Translations under genes and position numbers: made by a program
Shown: one piece after another, positions 17,147 to 23,961 of the stretch
How the letters are laid out: each line of letters starts with the position of its first letter
How positions within the stretch are numbered: position 1 is the first letter of the stretch
The notes under the pieces: generated by a model
Seen by the model: only the letters and a program-made list of their open reading frames with translations
Told to the model about the DNA's origin: nothing
Database searches by the model: none
Source: Acholeplasma laidlawii PG-8A
Lineage (GTDB): Bacteria; Bacillota_I; Bacilli_A; Acholeplasmatales; Acholeplasmataceae
Assembly: GCF_000018785.1 (NCBI RefSeq)
Contig: NC_010163.1
Span: 1,464,993-1,496,992 of the forward strand
Length of the DNA stretch: 32,000 bases
Direction of reading: 5' to 3'

Positions 17147-18217
17147 TTAGCCTCCTATAGCCTTTAATGGATCTATCTTAAGTACTGCACGTACTGAGAA
17201 GAGTGCACCTAAGAATCCAAATAAGAAAAATGCAACTGTGATCACACCGTAAAATAAGATGTTGATAGCAAAAGGTATGATATCACCTAAGAAGATACCA
17301 GATACAATGGTTAATATTAACCCAACAAATATACCAAATAAGACGAGTAAGAATGTTTGAGTAACCACAGAGTTTGCGATATAAAAATTAGAAATACCTT
17401 GAGCTTTCATCACACCAAACATTGGTGTTTTTTGAATGGTAAGTACATAAATAAAGATACCTAATACAAACGCTACAATGATAATTAAGAAAATAATCAT
17501 TGTACCAAAAGTTAAGACTTGTGCAGTATAACCTGGTAGTGTTGCAATATAGTCAGCTGTTGTGTATGTAGCTAACTTAGTATCTAAATTACCAGTTGAA
17601 CCTCGTACAATAATGCCACTATATAAATCCGGTGGTGTTTCTGTACTGTATCTATATTTTTGCCATGTTTCCATCGCCATATAGATTACAGGTGCTGTTT
17701 GATACGTACTTTTTGTAGAAAATCCAATGATTGTAAATACAGTATCAGTTCCTGATACAGCAATTGTACTTCCAATCTCATAACCTTCTTTTTTAAGTGA
17801 TTCATCTACAACAACTTCATTTTGTTGAATGGTTAAATTACTTGCCTCTGTAGGTTTTAAGAAAGAATCATTATCTATACCGAAAAAATATACATTTAAT
17901 CTTGAATCTACATTAGCTTCTGCATCCGGATTATTAATAACTGCTGGAAATAATCCAATTCTAGCTTTTGTTCCATCAACTTCTACAGATTCAAAATCAT
18001 TGTTTGTCATGAATGACATCATAATCGAATCATTAGAATCTACTGTAATAACAACCTCATCTGAACCCCATTTGTTCACTGCATTAGTATAAGACGATGC
18101 TAAACCATATGCGAGTGATGTTAAAAAGTATACTAAGTAACTAATTAATACAATCACAGAGATAATTAATGCGAATTTACCCTTGGTGTACTTTAATTCT
18201 TTTATTGCTAAAAACAT
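17147..18217 (-). CDS. FtsX/MacB-type ABC transporter permease
   Basis: 356 aa. N-terminal TM helix, a ~200-aa extracytoplasmic domain, three C-terminal TM helices, and the terminal motif VLKIDPLKAIGG. SD GGAGGT. Confidence 0.85.
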   Translation of the reverse strand: MFLAIKELKYTKGKFALIISVIVLISYLVYFLTSLAYGLASSYTNAVNKWGSDEVVITVDSNDSIMMSFMTNNDFESVEVDGTKARIGLFPAVINNPDAEANVDSRLNVYFFGIDNDSFLKPTEASNLTIQQNEVVVDESLKKEGYEIGSTIAVSGTDTVFTIIGFSTKSTYQTAPVIYMAMETWQKYRYSTETPPDLYSGIIVRGSTGNLDTKLATYTTADYIATLPGYTAQVLTFGTMIIFLIIIVAFVLGIFIYVLTIQKTPMFGVMKAQGISNFYIANSVVTQTFLLVLFGIFVGLILTIVSGIFLGDIIPFAINILFYGVITVAFFLFGFLGALFSVRAVLKIDPLKAIGG

Positions 18218-18230
18218 ATAAATTACCTCC

Positions 18231-18713
18231 TTATTTATCTTTATTTAATAGTTTTTCAATGTCTTTTGCTATTTTTTCTGGTTTTACAAGTGGTGCATAA
18301 CGTTTGATAACGCGGCCATTTTGGTCTACTAAAAACTTAGTAAAGTTCCACTTAATTTTTTTATTAAATAAGCCTTTTTGATGTCTTTTTAAATAGGTGT
18401 ATAAAATAGACTCATCTGGCCCATTCACCTCTATTTTAGTAAATCTTCTAAAATCGGTTTTATAGTTTTTCACACAAAACTCATCAATTGTTTCTACACT
18501 ATCTTTAGCATCTTTAAATTGATTACTTGGGAAATCTAAGATTTCAAACCCCTGATTTTTATATGTTTCATATAATTTTTGTAGCCCATCATACTGTGGT
18601 GTGAAAAAACAAGTTGTTGCTGTGTTAACAATTAATAACACTTTACCTTTATATGAATCTAAGGTAACAATATTATTGTGCATATCTTCAACGCGTATTT
18701 GATAGATACTCAT
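18231..18713 (-). CDS. gpx: Glutathione peroxidase-family thiol peroxidase
   Basis: 160 aa. Motifs: KGKVLLIVNTATTCFFTPQY (catalytic Cys), FPSNQF, WNFTKFLVD. It is the first gene of the seven-gene operon. SD GGAAGGA. Confidence 0.9.
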   Translation of the reverse strand: MSIYQIRVEDMHNNIVTLDSYKGKVLLIVNTATTCFFTPQYDGLQKLYETYKNQGFEILDFPSNQFKDAKDSVETIDEFCVKNYKTDFRRFTKIEVNGPDESILYTYLKRHQKGLFNKKIKWNFTKFLVDQNGRVIKRYAPLVKPEKIAKDIEKLLNKDK

Positions 18714-18797
18714 TTTTTAATTCCTTCCTTTTTTATAATTTTTAATTCTTTTAATTATAGTATAATTATTATACGAACCACATCTATGGGGGATGCC

Positions 18798-19529
18798 ATG
18801 ATTTCTATAGCTATATGTGATAATGAACAAGTATTTCTAGATTATTACCAATCAAAACTTGAATCTGTTGCAAGAAAACTTAAGATTGATTTAGATATTC
18901 ACCGCTTTTCTAGCGGTGAAGCTTTACTGTTTCATTTAGACGATTATCCTAACCAATTTCAAATTATCTATTTAGATATTGTAATGGGTGGTATTAACGG
19001 TATTGAAACTGCTTTAAAGGTTCGTAAATTAAACAGTGTTGTTAAAATCATATTCTTAACTTCTTCTACAGACTATGTCTTTAATGCATTTGATGCAAAT
19101 GCATCTCATTACTTAATTAAAGATTTACACGATGATAAGTTTGATGATGTCTTCGCTCATGTATACAATCAAGTCAAAGCCAATATCAGTGAACCTTTAT
19201 TTTCTATTACAACTCAACAAGAAAATTATTTAATTCCTTTCAGTGAGATTGCTTATTTTGAAAGTTTTAAACGTTTAGTGATTTGTCATAAATCAAACAA
19301 AGAACGCATAGAGTATTATTATAAGATTAGTGACTTAGTAACAGAACTTGAAGATAAACCTTTTATTCTGATTCACCGTTCATTTTTAGTAAATATGCAA
19401 TATATTTTAAAACTTTCTAAGACAGATGTTTATTTAAAAAATGGTGTTGTGCTTCCTGTTTCTAGAAACAATTATGAAGAAGTCAAAGATAAACTGTTTA
19501 ACTATAACAACCAAAATCGTTTGAAGTGA
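18798..19529 (+). CDS. LytTR-family response regulator
   Basis: Receiver domain: ISIAICDNE, IIYLDIVMGGINGIE (acceptor Asp), KIIFLTS. C-terminal LytTR domain: IAYFES, ILIHRSFLVNMQYI, LPVSRNNY. The ORF-track GTG start at 18678 overlaps gpx and is rejected. ATG 18798 is preceded by GGGGGA; ATG 18786 is an alternative. Confidence 0.85.
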   Translation: MISIAICDNEQVFLDYYQSKLESVARKLKIDLDIHRFSSGEALLFHLDDYPNQFQIIYLDIVMGGINGIETALKVRKLNSVVKIIFLTSSTDYVFNAFDANASHYLIKDLHDDKFDDVFAHVYNQVKANISEPLFSITTQQENYLIPFSEIAYFESFKRLVICHKSNKERIEYYYKISDLVTELEDKPFILIHRSFLVNMQYILKLSKTDVYLKNGVVLPVSRNNYEEVKDKLFNYNNQNRLK

Positions 19530-19541
19530 GGGTAGATTATC

Positions 19542-20876
19542 ATGGATATACTTTATATTAGTTTTGCTATTTTAATATCAACCATATTTTCTTACTTTTA
19601 TATTCGAATTTATTCGAAATATTTTGTCTTAAGATCTCACTACTATATAGGTTTTATTATTTTTCTACTAACTATATTTATTCAATTTATTACTGTTTTA
19701 CCTTTTGGACTAAGTGTTGGTTATTTAGGTTTGTTATCGTTTATAACTTATCCACTTGCCTTATCACTGGTCTATAAAACCAATATCTTTAATATCACTT
19801 TTCTATCTTTAAATGCAATCCTTAAAATCTATGTAGACTTTATATTCTTTGCAGCTTTATTTGCACTTATTGAGCAAAATCAGTTAACACTTACTTGGAT
19901 TTACGGTTCTAATTACTATCACTTAAGTCAAGCACTTGCATATACAGTATCCTTAATTTTACTTTTACTGTTTGATGCTAAACTTTTAGCTGATAAGCTT
20001 AAAGACTTCTTTTCTCAGCGTAGCAATTTATTACTTATTATTTCTATCCAAGCAATTTTAACGATTAACCTTATTTGGATGAGTGCTACCACTGAAGTAC
20101 TTCCATTTAGATGGTATAACGTCATCTTATTATTACTTGCATTTAGTGTGGATGGTATTTATTTACTGCTTAGATTATTTACTGCAAATTCTACTTACTT
20201 TAGTGTGTTTAAAACTCATACAGATACGTTAAAGAAACAACTAAGCTATCAACTAGATCACTATAAAGTCTTTGAAAGTCAAACTCAAGAACTGTTACGC
20301 TTTAAGCATGACTACAATAAAGTGTTAAACTCTATTGCATCACTTGCTGATAGAGGCGACTTAGACTCCATTAAACATATTGTAAATGATTCTAATAAAG
20401 AACTTGATAGTCTCCAAATCAACTACAGTCGATATTCTAATAACCTTGTGTATGACGCACTACTAAATGACTATAGAAAGCGATTTGTAGGCATAGGTGC
20501 TAGTTTTGAATCTGTTGTATATATTAACTTTAATTTAGATATCTCTGAAATCAATATGATCAAACTATTTTATAATATTTTAGAAAACGCTTATGAAGCA
20601 CTACTTCACGTGGAAGATGCATCTAAGCGTTTAATCAAGATTGATAGTGAACGCATGGATGCATACATTAAAGTGTCTTTTGTAAATACTATGAATATTG
20701 AATATTCAAGTCTTACCTTAAACTCTACAAAACCCGATAAACTTCAACACGGATTTGGTGCTTCTATCATTGATAAGATTTTAATTCAATATAACGGTTT
20801 TTCTAATCGTTATGCCACTAATGATGAAGGCATAGATTATTATCACTTGGAGATATTCTTACCTGTTATGAACTAA
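19542..20876 (+). CDS. AgrC/ComD-like (HPK10-type) membrane sensor histidine kinase
   Basis: 444 aa with 6-7 N-terminal TM helices. H-box LRFKHDYNKVLNSI, N-box FYNILENAYEA, G-box QHGFGASIIDKI. SD GAGGGT. It starts 12 nt after the regulator gene. Confidence 0.8.
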   Translation: MDILYISFAILISTIFSYFYIRIYSKYFVLRSHYYIGFIIFLLTIFIQFITVLPFGLSVGYLGLLSFITYPLALSLVYKTNIFNITFLSLNAILKIYVDFIFFAALFALIEQNQLTLTWIYGSNYYHLSQALAYTVSLILLLLFDAKLLADKLKDFFSQRSNLLLIISIQAILTINLIWMSATTEVLPFRWYNVILLLLAFSVDGIYLLLRLFTANSTYFSVFKTHTDTLKKQLSYQLDHYKVFESQTQELLRFKHDYNKVLNSIASLADRGDLDSIKHIVNDSNKELDSLQINYSRYSNNLVYDALLNDYRKRFVGIGASFESVVYINFNLDISEINMIKLFYNILENAYEALLHVEDASKRLIKIDSERMDAYIKVSFVNTMNIEYSSLTLNSTKPDKLQHGFGASIIDKILIQYNGFSNRYATNDEGIDYYHLEIFLPVMN

Positions 20877-20878
20877 CC

Positions 20879-21661
20879 TTACTTTTTAGGAGGTAGTGGA
20901 AAGAAAATAGATGTTTTACTTGCGTATGCTTGATATGCCAAATTCGTTTTATATTTCTTTTCAAGTAATGGAACGCCTGTTACATAAAGTAATAAATATG
21001 TAATGATTAACGGACTTATAAGTCCTATGAAACTTATAATATTCATTGTTCCTAATGTAGCAATACCAATTCCCCACCAAAGAGTAGCTTCCCCAAAATA
21101 ATTAGGGTGTCTGGAAAACTTCCAGACATTTTTTTGCATAATTTTTCCTTTGTTTGAAGGATCTTTTTTAAATCTTTGTAGTGAGTGATCCGCGAGCACT
21201 TCAAAGATAAAACCAATAAAGAAAATCAGTGCGCCTAGTGATACAAGTATGATGCTTACCATGTCAAATGTTTTGTTAGATATTAAGTTTGTTAAGATGA
21301 TTGGTAATGCTATGATATAACTAAATATAGACTGTGTCAAGAAAACATATAATAGGGCTTTTAACTTCACATGTGTTTTCCATTTATTTCTAAAGTTTTG
21401 ATATCTAAAGTCTTCTTCTTTATTAAAGTTTCTCTTAAATAAATATAAAGATAATCTTAGACCCCAAATGATAGTTAATCCTGTAACGATTAAACCAGTG
21501 ATCGTATATTGATCACCAAGTATGAGTGAAGATACTGCACTCACTACCACACCCATACCCCAAGCTATATCTACTAAACCGTTATTCTTTTTAATTTGAG
21601 CAATGACATACCAAATAAGAAAGTATGCTAGTAAGATAAGATAAATATATAAATAATTCAT
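20879..21661 (-). CDS. DUF1295 / steroid-5-alpha-reductase-like membrane protein
   Basis: 260 aa and polytopic. Family-typical C-terminal block WKFSRHPNYFGEATLWWGIG. The start overlaps the upstream stop by 1 nt. Confidence 0.75.
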   Translation of the reverse strand: MNYLYIYLILLAYFLIWYVIAQIKKNNGLVDIAWGMGVVVSAVSSLILGDQYTITGLIVTGLTIIWGLRLSLYLFKRNFNKEEDFRYQNFRNKWKTHVKLKALLYVFLTQSIFSYIIALPIILTNLISNKTFDMVSIILVSLGALIFFIGFIFEVLADHSLQRFKKDPSNKGKIMQKNVWKFSRHPNYFGEATLWWGIGIATLGTMNIISFIGLISPLIITYLLLYVTGVPLLEKKYKTNLAYQAYASKTSIFFPLPPKK

Positions 21662-23433
21662 TATGATTCCTTTCTAATCAATCCAACCGCTACAGAGTTT
21701 AACCCTGAGTTCATAGCAATAATAGATGATATCTCCCCTACATATACCGGTGCTTTACCAGTCTTTTTAATAATCTCTGTTTTTAATTTTTCTGCTAATT
21801 TTAAATTGGATACATGGACAATTGCGTAATTTTCAATGCCTGCTGTTTTATGAATATGGCTTACCATATTGACTAGTTTTTTAAAATTTCGTTTTTGACC
21901 AATCGTCTTTGATAATACAACACCTTCACCCGCATCATTAATAGATACAATAGGTTTTAATCTTAATAACTTACCTAAGGTGCCAAGACTTTTTTTGATT
22001 CTACCACTTCTTACCATATTATCTAAGGTATCTACGTGAACTAGAATTTGAGTCTTTTGAACTAGTGTATTGATTGCTAGTTTGATGTTTTCAAAAGGTA
22101 CTTTTTGTTCAATCATTTTAGCTACTTCATAAACAATTAATCCTTCTGAGACGCTGTTTTGTTTGGTATCAACAAGTAATACATCTTTATCTTTATAACC
22201 TTCAAGTGCCTTAGTAAATAAGTTGTGTATACCACTCATTTTTGAAGATACGGTTAAGATGATTAACTTTTTATAGTGTTTTAATAAAAAGTTAATCTGC
22301 GCATCGATTGATTTTATACTCGGTGTAAATGATGTGGGAAACTTTTCATGCTTATCGATGTAGTGGAAGAGTTGGTGGTTATTGATTGTTAACTTATCGT
22401 AATAGACTATATCATTAAAGTTGATACCAATTGGATGCACATGTATTGGATGACTATCTACAAATATTTTAGGTAGATCAGCAATTGAATCAGTTAGTAT
22501 ACAAATCTCATTATCCTTTGCCTGTGTAGCTTGGTATTGCTTTCTCATATCGTCAACTTTAGATTCTAGTATTTGACCAAGTCCACTTAGTTTTTCTACG
22601 ATTACTTCTGGTTGGTTGGTGTGAAGATGCACACGTTTAAGTCTTTTTGTTTCTCCAATGACAAGTGAGTCACCAAAATTATCAAGTAGCTTTGTTAGTG
22701 ATTGTTTATCCGTTGTTGTTTGAAGTAGTACTTCTGTACAATAGCGGTATGTAATATCTATGTGATCATGTTCGATGGTTTCAGGTTCTTCAAAACTATG
22801 TTGTTGCGCTACATCATCAGTTGTAGATCTTTTAATAATGCTTTGTAGAAAACCTTCAACAAATAATGTAAATCCAAGTGCACCTGCATCTACTACACCA
22901 AATGTTTTTAGAACTTCAAGTTCAGACTTGGTTTGTTCAAGTGCTTTGTTTAACTCTACGATGATATAGTCTACATAAGTTTCTATATTATCAATTGGTT
23001 GATTTGTGTTTTTCAGTGTTTCACTTAGTTTACGCATCAACGTTACCATGGTGCCTTCAACAGGATGACTTATGGCGTTGTATGCATGTATCACGCCTGA
23101 TTCAATTCTTCTGATGAATTCAGGATAATCTATACTTTGATGTGTCTTTGTAAGGCTATATAAGAATTGAGAAAAGATTAATCCAGAGTTTCCACGTGAC
23201 CCGATTAATGCTGCATCTGCTAAAGATTCTAGTGTTTCATCAATCGTGTTACCTAATTTGGTTTGTTCTATGATTGCTTTCATTAAGGCACTTAAGTTAT
23301 TACCTGTATCTTGATCTTGTACAGGGAAAACATTTAATTGATTCAGTGTATCCTTTTTTTCAATTACTCTTTTAGCACCATGAATTAAAGCATCATACAT
23401 ACTCTTATTTTCAATCATTTGAAATTCATTCAT
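21661..23433 (-). CDS. DAK2(DhaL)-domain / DegV-domain fusion protein (fatty-acid-kinase FakA/YloV-like)
   Basis: 590 aa. N-terminus: LNVFPVQDQDTGNNLSALM, IGSRGNSGLIFSQF (DhaL-like). C-terminal ~285 aa aligns over its length with DegV: ICILTDSIADLP, PTSFTPS, VSSKMSGI, VDTLDNMVRSGRI, LLRLKPIV. Confidence 0.7.
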   Translation of the reverse strand: MNEFQMIENKSMYDALIHGAKRVIEKKDTLNQLNVFPVQDQDTGNNLSALMKAIIEQTKLGNTIDETLESLADAALIGSRGNSGLIFSQFLYSLTKTHQSIDYPEFIRRIESGVIHAYNAISHPVEGTMVTLMRKLSETLKNTNQPIDNIETYVDYIIVELNKALEQTKSELEVLKTFGVVDAGALGFTLFVEGFLQSIIKRSTTDDVAQQHSFEEPETIEHDHIDITYRYCTEVLLQTTTDKQSLTKLLDNFGDSLVIGETKRLKRVHLHTNQPEVIVEKLSGLGQILESKVDDMRKQYQATQAKDNEICILTDSIADLPKIFVDSHPIHVHPIGINFNDIVYYDKLTINNHQLFHYIDKHEKFPTSFTPSIKSIDAQINFLLKHYKKLIILTVSSKMSGIHNLFTKALEGYKDKDVLLVDTKQNSVSEGLIVYEVAKMIEQKVPFENIKLAINTLVQKTQILVHVDTLDNMVRSGRIKKSLGTLGKLLRLKPIVSINDAGEGVVLSKTIGQKRNFKKLVNMVSHIHKTAGIENYAIVHVSNLKLAEKLKTEIIKKTGKAPVYVGEISSIIAMNSGLNSVAVGLIRKES

Positions 23434-23837
23434 TTTTCGAAGAACCTCCTATAGACGACATAGGTTATTATGGTTGTTACAAGTGTTAGGGATGTACCCC
23501 AAATTAGATCAATAACAACAATGAGTAATGGAAAGTCTTGCATGGTTGCATAATTGGTTAAATCATATGCACCGTATGTAGCAAACCCATAAATGAGTGC
23601 ATAGAGGATGGTTTGCTTAAATGACTTTTCTTTAAGTCCTGGTTTTAACACCAGTACGAGTAGTCCTGTAACAAATGCTACATAAAATATAACTGCTGGA
23701 ATGAGTTTAAACTCGTTACTGATTAAGTGTCCTAACTGTTCTTGATATAAGTCTTTTGAAAGTACACCTAACCATAGTAGGTCAATTAATAAAAATACAA
23801 TCGTTGCAATCATAAATAAAATAACATTCTTTTTCAT
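23430..23837 (-). CDS. Small polytopic membrane protein (DUF2177-like)
   Basis: I prefer ATG 23837 (MKKNVILFMIATIVFLLIDLLWLG), which has SD AAGGAG 7 nt upstream and gives 135 aa. The ORF-track start at 23951 lies inside the photolyase terminator hairpin. Motif YGAYDLTNYA. The stop overlaps the next start (ATGA). Confidence 0.65.
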   Translation of the reverse strand: MKKNVILFMIATIVFLLIDLLWLGVLSKDLYQEQLGHLISNEFKLIPAVIFYVAFVTGLLVLVLKPGLKEKSFKQTILYALIYGFATYGAYDLTNYATMQDFPLLIVVIDLIWGTSLTLVTTIITYVVYRRFFEK

Positions 23838-23934
23838 GTGGATACTCCTTTTCATTACTTGACTAAAGTATACGCTTTTACATTTTATAAAGTTTATGGA
23901 TGTCACAAAATGTCGTTTTTTTGTAATGAGATGT

Positions 23935-23960
23935 AAAAAAGACCACTTCATGAAGTGATC
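23935..23960 (-). terminator. Rho-independent terminator after the photolyase gene
   Basis: The minus-strand transcript reads GATCACTTCATGAAGTGGTC (8 paired positions with one mismatch), followed by TTTTTTAC. It begins 1 nt after the stop at 23962. Confidence 0.6.
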
Positions 23961-23961
23961 T

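Noticed and set aside
12623-18713. The possibility that the seven-gene gpx-carotenoid block is a horizontally acquired island or mobile element.
   Set aside because: I saw no flanking repeats, integrase, transposase or tRNA gene. Strand orientation and compactness match the surrounding genes. Compositional deviation cannot be judged without computation.
18714-18748. 10-nt direct repeat TTTTTAATTC (18714-18723 and 18739-18748) in the gpx/regulator intergenic region, considered as a possible LytTR binding site.
   Set aside because: The sequence is A/T-only apart from one C, in a very AT-rich spacer, and one copy sits between the gpx SD and ATG. I cannot distinguish it from chance low-complexity repetition without comparative data.
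18678-18797. N-terminal 40-aa extension of the response-regulator ORF (GTG start).
   Set aside because: It would overlap the gpx start codon region and run through the AT-rich divergent promoter region. The receiver domain begins at MISIAICDNE, directly after a G-rich SD-like sequence.
23880-23913. Inverted repeat ACATTTT-N20-AAAATGT enclosing the palindrome ATAAAGTTTAT, upstream of the DUF2177 unit. I considered it as an operator, possibly light-responsive.
   Set aside because: The arms are short and AT-rich, as expected by chance in this composition. I could not identify a matching promoter or a regulator gene.
23838-23951. N-terminal 38-aa extension of the DUF2177-like ORF.
   Set aside because: Its ATG sits inside the photolyase terminator hairpin and the extension is not hydrophobic. 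The internal ATG at 23837 has a consensus AAGGAG SD and starts directly with a TM helix.
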